This document shows, one piece after another, positions 28,219 to 42,328 of a stretch of DNA of 64,000 nt. Position numbers and translations under genes: made by a program. This DNA is from Octopus sinensis (Eukaryota). The DNA is taken from contig NW_021835955.1 of assembly GCF_006345805.1 (NCBI RefSeq), forward strand, positions 62,001-126,000, written 5' to 3'. Under the pieces are notes generated by a model. It saw only the letters and a program-made list of their open reading frames with translations. It ran no database searches and had not been told where the DNA came from. How positions within the stretch are numbered: the first letter of the stretch is position 1; every line of letters starts with the position of its first letter.

Positions 28219-28392
28219 CATATATACGACAGGCTTCTTTCAGTTTCCGTCTACCAAATCCACTCACAAGGCATTGGTCGGCCCGGGGCTATAGCAGAAG
28301 ACACTTGCCCAAGATGCCACGCAGTAGGACTGAACCCGGAACCATGTGGTTGGTTAGCAAGCTACTTACCACACAACCACTCCTGCGCCTAT
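27975..28392 (-). mobile_element. SINE family A, young full-length copy
   Basis: Reverse complement of the 55078 consensus, with CpGs retained. Confidence 0.9.
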
Positions 28393-29064
28393 CGAATGTC
28401 TATCGAATTTATTGTACCTGTAATTAAAAAGGTCTGGCTTTGTCACAAAGTGACTCATTCTGGTTCTACTTGAGTATTACCTTAAAGGTATGTGCTTATG
28501 CAAAATACTCAACCAATTAGAGGCTAATTCAATGAGCAGATAATTCAGCTGACCAAACAGCTCATTGTTGAAGCCAGCGGAGATCTATTTTACCTATATG
28601 TGTGTGTATATGTGTGCGTATTTGTGCATGTGTGTATGTGTGTGTTTGTACACGCTTGTGTGTGTGTGTGTGTGTGTGCAAGTATATATGTGCATACATT
28701 TCTATAGGTAACATTTTGCTCAAGTATACATGTACATACATATATACATATGTATACATACATATCATGCCTAATTCATACATACATATATATGTATGGT
28801 ATATACATACTTACATGCACACACAGCACACACATATATATTGTTGTTATTACAGAATCATTAGCACACCGGACAAAACGCTTAGCAGCATTTCAACTGT
28901 CTTCACACTCTGAGTTCAAGTGCAGCTGGTGTCGACTTTGCCTTTCATCCTTTAGAGGTTGATAAAACAAGTATCAGTTGAGTACTGGGGTCGATGTAAT
29001 CAACTTATCCCCTCCCCCAATATTTCAGGCCTTCTGCCTATAGTAGAAAGGATTATTATTATTA

Positions 29065-29402
29065 CTGAGTGAGAGAGCAGTGCATGCCATCAAAGTGACA
29101 CTGGAGTAAAATATACGAAGCCCAGTATACCCATCATGACTACCCGTCTGATAAGGGGACACTAGGCACATGCATCACAACCATATGTGCGCGACATGGT
29201 GATCTCATATCAAGATAAACAGCACATGACCTTGCAGGTGGGGCCCAGTTAGAATTTTCTTCTGGTTGAGTAACCCAATCCGCTCAAACAGTCCCTGAAT
29301 AAGGGTTGTTTAAGGATGTTGAATGAAACACCCATGTTTCCAGAGGTTAATTATTCAAACCCCAAAGAATCCCTCTCAACATGTCGCTATGATGCTCCCC
29401 CG
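29065..29402 (-). mobile_element. Short interspersed element embedded in an (ATT)n tract
   Basis: A ~340-bp block of higher GC, flanked on both sides by (ATT)n at the tail of a family B SINE. Strand inferred from an assumed (AAT)n tail. Confidence 0.45.
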
Positions 29403-32400
29403 CAATAATTATTACTATTACTATTATTATTATTATTAATACATGTTTGGCTTTTGCTTTCAATTTGTACAAATTGACTCCAAGTCTTGTCCAGAGAAGT
29501 TCAAGTTGGTATTATGACTAGGGTGTCACATTTATGGTTTTGCAGAGAGTACTGTTCTAGAGAATGTCTGTCAAAACATAAGAAAATTAAAAGTTTGTTT
29601 TAAAAGTAATTTGATAAGATGATAGTGTAATGCTAATATGACAGTAAAAGGTATTTGCTATTATATATAGTTACAAGTACTTTTACAATGTTTACAGATT
29701 GAAATGTTATGGGGATTACATAAAAAATATTTTTTGTAAGATATGAGCAGTTTCCATCAGCACTATTTTTAAAAATTTCTTTTATTTTTGGCTTTCCTGG
29801 TATCTGAGACAGGCAGCAATCAGCCCCTTTTGCTATCATTCCACTAAGCACTGCATTTTGTCCGGCATGCTCACAATTCTGCCAGCCCACCTTGAACTTA
29901 CATATTAATCATAAAGTTAATGTAATCTTTGAATTATCACATTTGTGTAAACTGCATTAATTATTTTTGTTTTTTTTAAATCATTTATAAGACTGAAGAA
30001 TCTTAAGAATCTTAACTCAGAACCAGTACTGGTACTTTGGTCTTCATCTCATTAGTGAAAGAGATGAATGACAATATTGATGCTATCAGGATTTGAGTTT
30101 AGAACTCATAAGCATTAAGATAGGTTTGTAAATATCTAGTCCAGAGCTCTTCAGCTCCTGAATTACATTAACCATACATTTACCTAATTTATTTCATTTC
30201 TCATATATTCTGAGTTACATGCAGTGAAGTATTATTTTTCTAATATCTTTCTCAGTGCTTTATTAAGGATGGCATCATGATACGTGATATCATCTAACTT
30301 TAACAGCAGAGATAAAGCAACAAATTATTGCTTACCATTATTTATACGATTCAGTTCTGCATCAAAATGATTTAAACTGGGAAGCTATTAGATCTTGATT
30401 AAATATTAAATATTTTGCATGACATAACAACTCAATACAAATAGATATAATACACCATACTGACAGGAATAATGTCTGTCAGGAAACCACTTATAGTACA
30501 TGAATTAAACGAGAAAAAAAAAACCCATATAGTTTCTTATAATATTATCAAGATAAAGATTTAAACTTAGATCTGTTTCTGTTGCATAATTTGAATTTTT
30601 TTCTGCTTGTCTAACATCACTGCAAACCATTGTGAAGTTTATATACTATTTCTATATATTTCAGACTGGCTGATTTGAACATGTTTCAGAAGTGGCATGA
30701 ATGATAAGCTGCAACAGTGGCAAAATATATATTGGTTGCTTCCAGGTCAATTTCGTTTTGCCTACCTCTGAAGTATATTGTGTTTTTTTAACAGAATACA
30801 TCTATAAAGGGACGTTTTATTGGATGAAAATCTGCAGCTCTGGCTTTCAATGACACATGTTAAGTATGTTATATAGATGATGATATTATCAAGTATTTCT
30901 TACATAACTTACTAAGATTGTATAAGCATAACATGTTCATCACTTTCTCATATCTCTAATAAATTTTATTGAGCTATAAATGCAGTGATAGCTAAAATCT
31001 ATCAACATATGCCATGTATGTTTTTTCCAATTTTCTACCTTGAATAATTAAAAATAATTTATATCAATTTGTCTGTATGCTGTGCTTCAAAGGCAGCGAG
31101 CTGGCAGAAATGTTAGTATGCCGGATGAAATGCTTAAGTGAATTTTGTCTGTCTTTATGTTCTGAGTTCAAATTCCGCTGAGGTCGACTTTGCCTTTCAT
31201 CCTTTTGAGATCAATAAATTAAGTACCAGTTGCATACTGGAGTTGATGTAATCAACTGGCTCCCTCCCCCAAAATTTCAGTCCTTGTGCTTAGAGTAGAA
31301 AAGAACATGCTGTGCTTGAGAAGAAGACCCATTAAAGCAGGTGAAATCATAGTCATGGAAGAGACTAGTGTCACAAAGCTGACACTCATGCCAGTGGCAC
31401 ATAAAAGCACCCATTACACTCTCGGAGTGATTGGCATTAGGAAGGGCATCCAGCAATAGAAACCATGCCAAATCAGACTGGAGTCTGGTGCAGCCCCTCA
31501 GCTTACCAGCCCTGGTCAAACCGTCCAACCCATGCCAGCATGGACAACAGCTGCTAAATGATGATGATGATAATGGTGATGGTGGTGGTGGTGGTGGTGG
31601 TGGTGGCGGCGGTGCTGGTGGTGGTGGTGATGATGATGATGATGAATAGTGGGAGGATTGGTAGGGATTTGTTTGCTTTTTCTAACAGGTTTATTTACAA
31701 CACAGAAATAAAATGGCAGAGTTGTTACAGCACCAGACAAAATATTTTGCTGTATTTTGTTCTGATTCTCAGCATTCCAAGTTCAGATTTCTTGTTTTAG
31801 AATATTTTCTCCTCTCATTCCTGCCAATGTTGGAGGCTCTGTTATGGGTCATTAGCATTACCTTCCCTCTAACTTAGATATAAAAAAGGGCTCCCTCATC
31901 TATTATTTTTCTCTGGCTCACAGAATTTGTACCTCAATTAGACAATTTTGTTAAAAATATGCAATAAAACAATGAGATCCCTGTGCATATTGTTACCCCT
32001 TTTTACTATAATCAGTGCCCACGTATTGTTTTTCTTCCTTTCATTTATTTGAAATGTTATCAGAGTAAATCTTTCTTAATCATTCTACTTATGACTACCA
32101 AAGAAAAACTTAAGTAATCGGTAGATTTAAGGCAGACTGATGAGTTTTAAGACAAATGTAACTAGCTCCATGGAAAGATATATGTGTGTGTGAACATGTG
32201 TGTGGATGTGTGTATGTGTGAGAGAGAGAGAGAAAGACCGACAGACAGACAGACAAGACAGACAGACAGTCAGGCTGGGAGACAGATAGAATGACAGAAC
32301 GACTGTGACTTTTAGTGAAGACATAGTTGGATTGACGCAGAGAAAAACAGATTGCTGGTGAAGGATAGACGATTCCTTGACCACAACGACTGGGCCACAT

Positions 32401-32622
32401 TAATAACTGGTCTAGAAACTGTTTTTATGGCCACAGTTGCAATTCTCTAAGCCCCTACCCCACCAACTTCTTTCTCTCACTTCCCTCAATACCCCGGTTG
32501 TCATCCAGATTTCCTTTTTTACTTTACTCTTCTTTCTCCTTTCTCACTCCCTTTCTGAGGTCCTTTGTTCCGGACGGCGGAGGGGGGTGGTTTAGAATTA
32601 ATTAGCTTTATATGATTCTGTG

Positions 32623-32654
<32 letters not shown>

Positions 32655-33485
32655 CACATGTTTGTGTGTTTAACTGCAGGTTGGGATGAAGATGTATGAG
32701 TACAGAATTGAATGCTGAATGCTAGAGTTTTGTACGGGTATGATATGTATTTCTGCATATGTGTATATGTCTGTATGCATACATGTATGTATATATTTAT
32801 GTGTGTACATGGGTACATGTGTGTGTGTGTTTGTGTCTATCTACATATATGCACATGCATGTATTTATGTGTACATATATGTACATATGCGAAGGCAATA
32901 TAATGTATGTTGATGCCGAGATTCAAGATTCTAATTGAAAGCCAAAATAGATTGGCATTCTCTAATTTCCTGACTTGTGTAAAATATCTTCAAATCTAAC
33001 CACATCAAAAGATAACATTTATAAAAATATCACACACAGCAAAGGGATCAATTAGGTAGGAAAGCTGGATGTTACCATGCATACGTGACGACCGACCGAC
33101 GGAGTGTTTTTTTTTATCACTGAATAAAATTGTCTCTCAGTCTGACTGGCTGTCAATCTGCCTGTCAGTCTGTCTGCTTGTCTGTCTGAGTGTCTCTCTC
33201 TCTCTCTCTCTCTCTCTCTATGTTCCTTTTTCTGTCCCTCTTTCTGTCCCTTGTCTGTCTAGCCACCTATCACAATGTCTAGTCCTCCGTTTTCATCACT
33301 GTCTATTTGTCTATCTGTTCAACTTTTTATCTGTCTGTTTATCTGGCTGGCTATATCTATGTCTATTTTTCTGTCACTCTGTCTATCTGTCTATCGATCT
33401 ATTTGTCTACCTACCTACCTACATACATACATACATACATATATACATACATACCAACATACATACATACCTACATACATACCTA

Positions 33486-33521
<36 letters not shown>

Positions 33522-34036
33522 TCTATCTATTTATCTATCTATCTATTCTATTCTATTCTATTCTACTTATCTATCTATTACCTATCTATCTGTCTGGCTG
33601 GTACCTTGTCTGTCTATCAATCTATCTTTCTATCTCTATGTCTATATCAAAACTATCGTGTTGGCTGCCAAATGTTTGCAGGGAAACGCACCTTTTGCAT
33701 ATCTATTCTTAAAAGAGCTGTAAAAGACTTTCAAGATCCTCATCATCATCACAATTGACATTGCCATTCAATATGCAGTTTTCCATGCTTGCATGCATCA
33801 GACAGAATTCGTGGATGCAGAACTCTGTGACTGAATACCAATCCTGTCACCAACACTACTCTTATCTCCAAGCAAAGAAACATTTTCCAACAGCCTTATA
33901 TGTTTTCATGGAAGATTGGAAATGTATGGCACCACTTGTATTACAGGAATACTTGTTTATAACTACTGTGTAATGTCAAGATGAAGAAGCACAAACACAC
34001 AAAGAAATACATCTACAAATGTGTGTGTGTGTGTGT

Positions 34037-34078
<42 letters not shown>

Positions 34079-35119
34079 TGAGTTTCTTCCAGTTTCTTAG
34101 TTCTTTACTGCCCACCAGGGACCACACACAGAGGGGACAAACAAGGACAGACAAACGGATTAAGTCGATTATATCGACCCCAGTGCGTAACTGGTACTTA
34201 TTTAATCAACCTTGAAAGGATGAACGGCAAAATCCACCTAGGCAGAATTTGAACTCAAAACATAACGGCAGACGAAATACTGCTAAGCATTTTGCCTGGT
34301 GTGTTAACATTTCTGCTAGTCTCTGTCTACCAAATCCACTCACAAGACTTTAGTAAGCCTGGAGCTATAGTAGAAGGTATTTTGCCCAAGGTGCCATGGT
34401 GGCTGAGAAGCAAACTTCTTAACAACCAACAACCATTCCTGTATTTTCTGTCTACCAAATTTCATTCACAAAGCATCAAAGCTGAGGCTAGGGTAGAAGA
34501 TACTTGCTTAAGCTTCAATTTATGAAGATTGAATGAGAAACCATGTAGCCGTTGCAAAGTGAGCTACACAACCTGGAAATCATATGCAATGTATACAGCT
34601 TAGAGTTTAGGTGAAAGGTCAGAAGAGCATTTGAACAGCTACATCGGAAAGAAATCTGTATTTATAACTTTCCCAAATTAGCTGGGCAAATATGCCAGAC
34701 CAATCAATATCTTATTGATATGACATCTACACCTTTGGTATGCATGTCTTATTAATACACCCGGAAAATCTATTAGTATGACAGGCCAGAGAACTGGTCA
34801 GCACAACAGAATGCATATCTCTTCTTAAACATAAGTATGTGTGGCCGGCCCCAGTGCACTTTATTCAGGGTGAACAGGAGAAGTCACACAATATGATTGG
34901 TGCATAATATATCTCTAATATTTTCCTTCTTTTATATTAGATGTTACACTCCTTTATGTTGTCATTCCAATGTTTAAAATACAGTACCAGACAAGTTGTT
35001 TTTTTTTTTTTGTATCACCTGATACGCTACCTTTACAATTTACTTTCTGGTACCCATAGCAAGCATTTCTCATCAACCGACATGAGTGCTTTTATGCACT
35101 ATATATCTATATTATACTT

Positions 35120-35930
35120 ATCTATTATATGAAATCCATTCTGTCTGTCTGTGTGTCTTTTAGGATCTTGGGCATCTTCCATCTGATTGCGCTCAAATTT
35201 GATATGTAGATACCGACAGTATCAAGGCGTGTATAAATCTTTAAAAGATTACAAAAATCAATTCCAGGTGAGAATGCGATCGATAAAGCCGTGGGAACGT
35301 GCATTTGTACATGCAAGTACATCAGCTGTTGCGATCAATACTATGTGTACGCGAGAAAAATGCGCAGTGTCTCAAATTTAGGTTAAATCAGTGTTTCTCA
35401 AAGGGGAGGCCCATGGAACAGTCGGAAAAGTTGTTTTGAAAAAATTTGGTCTAAATGTTTGACAACTCAGCACCATCCATTGGACGGGTAGCGTTTTGCT
35501 TGTATAAGTTATATGTATAAGTTAGGATTATTAAGCTAATCAAGTTCTTTATTTCAAACCATATGAAGTAACATCAACATCAAATTTGAGCGAAATCCAT
35601 TGAAATTGGTAAACTTTTGGCTGAAAATGAGTTGCAGACAACTTGATTGGGTAATCCCATGAGGAATCGGTTTATCGATTTTTTTCACTCATCAATTTTG
35701 TTTTTCCATTTTTGGAGAACTTAAAGCATTCAAAGATCCCATGAATCCTAAGTAATGCTCACATCAAGTTTGAACAAAATACATCAAAATTGGTAATAGT
35801 TATAGTTGAAAATGGGGTGTAGCCAATTTTATTGGGAAATCCTATAAGCAATCGGTTTATTGATGCTTTTAATATCCTGGTTAAATGGAAAACCCCATAA
35901 AGAATCAGTTTATTGATTTTTCACCCCAAA
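35120..35930 (+). mobile_element. Helitron/Helentron-like non-autonomous repeat with an internal ~183-bp duplication
   Basis: Starts TCTATTATATGAAATCC followed by (TCTG)n. CATCAA(A/G)TTTGA..AAAT..AT..AAATTGGTAA...AATCGGTTTAT recurs at ~35578 and ~35762. Confidence 0.5.
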
Positions 35931-36437
35931 TAGGACTTAACTGAACACAATAATGCTGATTCAAAAGCATCTATATTTATACTTTAAAGTTGGTTCTCAC
36001 ACCCATCCCAGTTCTGCAGAATCAGTGTCACGACAGGAGCGCATGGGTTGGGAGTTTGATAGGCAGAGGTGATCAGGATGCACATGCCAGCCCTTTGAAA
36101 ACACCACTCCCATCATCTAAACCCCCTTTGCCTATGGGTTGGGAACCTTTCCAGCAAGGAAAATAGAATGCCCAAAAGGCTTCCCGATCCTCTGTGTCAG
36201 AAGCGGTTATGTTCAGATCACAACTAAGTCTTAAGTATACATATATATATATATCTATATATATATATATGGGCAACATACACACACACACGTATGTATG
36301 TACACCTATTGTATACATGTTTTTTGTACGCATACATGTTCGTGTGTGTTGCCCGTATATCAATCAACAAAACACCTTTTTCCTCGATGGAAAAAAAAAC
36401 AACAAATGTCTTAACAGAAACTTACTCTTCACTTGAA

Positions 36438-36675
36438 GAGGACTTAACTCCTGTTTGTAAAGAATTTCTCTGACTTGAAAATTGTTAAAAGTTTTGGTTG
36501 AAAATTTATTTTTACTGCTATTCGCTGGTGCCTCCGAGAAAAATAAGTTGATGAAAATACAGCTAGGATTATGACGAATGTCCTAAAATTGGAGCGACAT
36601 GCATGCTAATTTGTGGGCATGCTTAAATTACATTCACGTATATACACACACACATCCTGCCTTTTATATATACTG
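36438..36675 (-). mobile_element. Second copy of the 54525 Helitron-like repeat
   Basis: TGTCCTAAAATTGGAGCGACATGCATGCTAATTTGTGG...CACACACATCCTGCCTTTTATA mirrors 54535-54620. Confidence 0.7.
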
Positions 36676-37500
36676 ATATATATGTCTGTATATATCTGAA
36701 TATATATATATTGTATATATTTATATTATATATGTCTGTATGTATATGCATATGTTTATTATATATATATATGTATATATGTGCGTGTGTGTATGTATGT
36801 ATACACGCACATTCACATGTATATTTATATGCATGTATAACAATTTTAAAACTATGTTTCTTACTAATAGCTTGTTATGTGTGATAATATTCTCAGTGAA
36901 TATAAACATAACCGCTACCACTACTACAGCTGTTAACTTTTCTAAATATCATATTTATGATAATGCTTAACAAAGTAACAGTAAATAAATACTAATTATT
37001 ATTGTATAATCTTCATTGTAGTATCTGCACCATTAATATAAAGATTGGACCAAATCATTATTGTGACAGACAAACTGCTTTGAGGGATTTTTTCTGGTTC
37101 CTTAGATTCTGTGTTCAAATTCTGCTGAGGTCAACTTTACCCTTTTCCTGTTTGGGGTGGTGGAAGGGGTTAATAAAATATGGTTGAGTTAATGATGGGA
37201 TCACTATCGTCAGCTTGCCCTCTCCTGTCAAAATTGCTGACCTTGTGTCAAGATTAGAGTGAATTGGTATTGATATTATTACTATTAAAGTGGCGAGCTG
37301 GCAGAATCGTTAGCATGCTGGACGAAATGCTTAGTGGTATTTTGTCTGCTGTTATGTTCTGAGTTCAAATTCCACTGAGGTCGAGTTTGCTTTTCATCCT
37401 TTTGGGATCAATAAATTAGGTACCAGTTGAGTACTGGGAGTTGATGTAATTGACAATCCCCCTCCCCTAGATTTCATAGCTTGTGCTTATAGTAGAAAGG

Positions 37501-37531
<31 letters not shown>

Positions 37532-37569
37532 TTTAAAAAGGATTGACGTAACTCTTCACAAAGGTAAAC

Positions 37570-37673
37570 AGTCAAGACGAAGAGTGCGATTCGATTGTAA
37601 GACAGTCGTACTGTTGAAATATCGTTCTACTAATAAACTTTCTTACAATCGAATCGTGCTCTTCGTCTTGACT
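37570..37673. repeat. ~104-bp hairpin with a 33-bp stem
   Basis: AGTCAAGACGAAGAGTGCGATTCGATTGTAAGA / TCTTACAATCGAATCGTGCTCTTCGTCTTGACT. Confidence 0.92.
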
Positions 37674-37754
37674 ATTATTATTATTATTTTTATTATTATT
37701 TTTATTATTATCATTATTTTTATTATTATCATTATTCAAGAATTTGTATCCTTG

Positions 37755-38207
37755 TGGTACCAGTGCCGGTGGCACGTGGCACACAAGAAAACCATCCGAA
37801 CGTGGCCGTAGCCAGTACCGCATCGACTGGCCTCCGTGCTGTGGGCACGTAACAAGCACCATCCGATCGTGGCCGTTTTGCCAGCCTCATCTGGCACCTG
37901 TGTCGGTGGCACATAAAAACACCATCCGAGCGTGGCCGTCTGCCAGCCTCGTCTGGCACCTGTGTCGGTGGCACATAAAAAACACCATCCGAGCGTGGCC
38001 GTTTGCCAGCCTCGTCTGGCACCTGTGTCGGTGGCACATAAAATCACCCACTACACTCTCGGAGTGGTTGGCGTTAGGAAGGGCATCCAGCTGTAGAAAC
38101 ACTGCCAGATCTGACTGGACTGGTGCAGCTTTCGGGCTCCCCAGACCCCAGTTGAACCGTCCAACCCATGCTAGCATGGAAAGCGGACGTTAAATGATGA
38201 TGATGAT
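37755..38207 (+). mobile_element. Family D copy with an internal ~61-63 bp tandem array
   Basis: GGTGGCACATAAAAACACCATCCGAGCGTGGCCG...GCCAGCCTCGTCTGGCACCTGTGTC repeated. Other copies at 1717-2026+, 6905-7045-, 9283-9602+, 15985-16440+, 20935-21043+, 22500-22808+, 31315-31570+, 45050-45312+. Confidence 0.88.
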
Positions 38208-38531
38208 CATCATTATTATTATTATTATCATTATTATTATTATTATCATTATTATTATTGAAGGTGGCAAGCTGGCAGAATCAATTAGTATGCCAGGCAA
38301 AATGCCTAGCAGCAGCATTTCACCCACCTTTATGTCCTGAGTTCAAATTCTTCTGAGGTTGGCTTTACCTATCATCCTTTCAGCATTGATAAAATAAATA
38401 CTGAGGTCCATGTAATTGACTAGTGCCCTCCAGCAAATTTCAGGCCATGTGCCTTCAATAGAAAAGATTATTATCATTATTGTTATTATTATTATTACTT
38501 TTATTATTATTGTTATTATTGTTATTATTAC

Positions 38532-38574
<43 letters not shown>

Positions 38575-38994
38575 TTTATCATCATCATCACCATCATTAT
38601 TATTATTATTATTATTATCATTATTATTATTATTACTTTTATTAATATTATTACTTTTATTGTTATTATTATCATCATCATCCTCATCATCATCATTATC
38701 ATCATCATCATTATCATCGTCATCATCATCATCATCATCATTACTGAGGTGGTGATTAGGCAAAATTGTAAACACACCAGGAAAAATGCTTAGCAGCATT
38801 TCTTCAGTTTTTATGTTCTTAGTTCAAATTCTGCTGAGGAAAACTTTGTCTTTCATCCCTCTGGCACCAATGAAACAAGTACCAGTTCAGCACTGGGGGT
38901 TATGGTAATCGACTTACTCACTCTCCAGAAATTGCTAACCGCATGGCAAAATTCGAAACCATCATCATCACCACCACCACCACCACCACCACCC

Positions 38995-39028
<34 letters not shown>

Positions 39029-39496
39029 TCATCAATATCAGTAGTAGTAGCAGTAGTAACAGCAGCAGTAGCAAAGATGGCAATTGTGGGATGGTGGTGG
39101 TGGTGGTGGTGGAGTTTGGTGGTGTTGGTGGTAGCTGCAGTGCATGATGATGTTGCTCTCATTTCACGTTACTAATCAGCAAACGTGCTTCCTTTAATTG
39201 TCACTATGATCAACTGCAGAGCAACATGCAATTCAGTAGTTAAACATGCATTTGCACATTCATATATGCACATACACACACACATACACACATATGCACA
39301 CACATATAAACACACATGCACAAACTCACCAGCATATTCTATTCATAGACATGTAGTCAAACACTCAAGTCTAACACACCATACAGAATATGTTATGCAC
39401 AGTTGTTCATATATATACATGGCAGTGATATATACACATATACACTGCCTACATCATAAATATATATACATACATGTATATATATATATATGTGTG

Positions 39497-39585
<89 letters not shown>

Positions 39586-40127
39586 GTATATGGAAATATT
39601 TGGTATCACTTCTAATGATGCATATGTTAGCGAGCATGCATGCTACACATGTATTTGTAGAGCTTGAACATATATGGACAGCCAATTATTTACATTTCTC
39701 CTCTTCCTAAAATGCTTATTAATAAATTAGATTTATGTTGTAACATATTTCTGATATATGTGTATGCATGTGAATACATATATATGTGTGTGTATGTATA
39801 TGTGTGTGTGTTGCATATTTGTATTCGGATGTGTATTTGTGCATATAAAGTCATGTGTGTGTATGCATGTATATGTGTTAATATATATATACATGAATGT
39901 ATGTATGTGTGAGTCTGTTTAGATGTGTATGTCCTATTGATAATTATATAAATATGCAGAGTAATCTTATGCATAACTATAGAGATGATATAAATATTCA
40001 ACATATGGTTTTCTGAGCTCAAATCTCACTTAGGTCTTAGAAACTATTACTATTATACTTGGAAACATAAATGAATAAATGGGAATGCATATGATCATAT
40101 ATATGTATATATGTATATATGTATATA

Positions 40128-40168
<41 letters not shown>

Positions 40169-41473
40169 ATGTGTGTAAATATGCATGTGTACATGTGTGT
40201 CTTTGTGTCTGTGTTTATCCCCCACCACTGCTCGACAACCGATGTTGGTGTGTTTATATTCTTGTAACTTAGCAGTTTGGCAAAAGAGACAGATAAAATA
40301 AGTACCATGTTTAAGATAAAATAAGTACTGGGATCAAATCATTTGACTAAAATTCTTCAAAACAATGCCCCGACATGGCCACAGTATACCGACTGGAACA
40401 AGTAAAAGATAAAAGAATGTACAGACTCTTCTACTGCTTTTACCTTGCACATATGATGTACATAGTATGTTTCTGCTGTTTCTTACTTAACTCACCACCT
40501 GTATCATTCACACCTGTTAGTATATGTGCATCCTCATTCAGTTTTTCCCAATTTTTTCTATTATACTGAACGTTCTTGTGTGTTGCTTTCACTGCAATCT
40601 GGAAGCTGCTGTCTGATATAACAATTTTGGTCAGGTTCTTGTGCAACAGGTAACGTTTTGTTATTTCACCAGTTATATTTGCCAGTCAAGGACCAGAATA
40701 TTGTCAGCTATTTTGCCATATATATATATATGGCAGGGAAAGCTATATTTCTCACTTAGCTGCCTTATTTCCTTTTACCTCACCTCTAGAGAATGCATTC
40801 TGACACTATCCTTTCATATGGACTTGAGTGAAAACAGCATACATAGCAGAATCTGCCACTGTCCTCTCGCATTTTCTTTTGTCTTAAATAACATGGTAAG
40901 CTGAACTAGAAGTGATTTGCTAATTTCTATTTCCACCAAGATAAAAGTATGAATCTTATCTTTTTTCTTATTTTTACTTTTCTACCAATATTTTCTTGTA
41001 AACTTGTGCCAAACTTAAGAATATTCATCTAATGTTATTTCTGAAGTACTGAATTACGTATTTGCCCTTACACACAAGAAAATGAATACAAACATTTTTT
41101 GCACCACATTATGTTTGTGTATTGATGTTAAATATTGAAACTTGTCTACATCTGAATCACCAGCCAAACAAGTTTGTTACTTTTTTATCAATATGCATTG
41201 CCTTCATTTTCATTTTCAGCCAGCATTCCCAACCTTTGTAACAGCACATACTGTTTAATCACTTTTAAATGAGGTTCTACTTAGACTGGATTGCAGCAAT
41301 GCTTTGAAAAAAAACTGATATATGTAACTTTATTATTGCTAACTCTTCAAGCCTAAATCTGTGCCCAAATACCATACACACACACACATAAACTGTATAA
41401 AAATAATATATATGTGTATATATGTACATATGTATGTATATATGTACGTATATATTTACGGAAATATTCTGTA

Positions 41474-42328
41474 CGTGAGAAGACCAGGCAGGACAAGTGA
41501 GCCCAGCCCACTTATGAATGCCTTTCCTCCCTGGACACAAAGACCGGTTGAGGCAAGCGAAGTCGATATAGAACCTCATCCGACGACAGACACCCATCCC
41601 AACCCCCCATGCTTGCGAAGACATGTTGGGGCAAGCGAAATCGAAATCGAAATCGAAACCGAATTGAACCAGCCAGGATCCCTGGCCTGGTGGTACGTAA
41701 AAGCACTATCCGACTCGGGGCCGTGGCACGTAAAATACTCCAATGCGACCGTACGACAGGCACCCATGCCAACCCCTTTGCTTGTGAAGACATGTTGGGG
41801 CAAGCGAAATCGAAATCGAATTGAACCAGCCAGGATCCCTGGTCTGGTGGTACGTAAAAAGCACTATCCGACTCGTGGCCGTGGCACGTAAAATACTCCA
41901 ATGCGACCGTACGACAGGCACCCTTGCCAACCCCCTTTGCTTGTGAAGACATGTTGGGGCAAGCGAAATCGAAATCGAATTGAACCAGCCAGGATCCCTG
42001 GTCTGGTGGTACGTAAAAAGCACTATCCGACTCGTGGCCGATGCCAGCACCGCCTCGACTGGCTTCCGTGCCGGTGGCACATAAAATACACCAATCTGAC
42101 CGTGGCCGTTGCCAGCCCCGCCTGGCACCTGTGCAGGTGGCACGTAAAAAGCACCCACTACACTCACGGAGTGGTTGGCGTTAGGAAGGGCATCCAGCTG
42201 TAGAAACATTGCCAAATTAGACTGGAGCCTGGTGCAGCCTTCTGGCTTCCCAGAACCCCGGTCGAACCGTCCAACCCATGCTAGCATGGAGAACGGACGT
42301 TAAACGACGATGATGATGATGATGATGA
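41474..42328 (+). mobile_element. Family D non-autonomous RTE-type retroelement, longest copy, with an internal ~160-170 bp tandem triplication
   Basis: GCTTG(C/T)GAAGACATGTTGGGGCAAGCGAAATC at 41611, 41780 and 41939. Common 3' block GGCGTTAGGAAGGGCATCCAGCTGTAGAAAC...CCGTCCAACCCATGCTAGCATGGA...GGACGTTAAAC(GAT)n. Confidence 0.85.

Noticed and set aside
37755-38060. Regularly spaced GGTGGCAC(A/G)TAAAAA(G/A)CACC motifs resembling a CRISPR array
   Set aside because: The spacers are near-identical tandem units inside a dispersed eukaryotic retro-repeat, and there are no cas genes.
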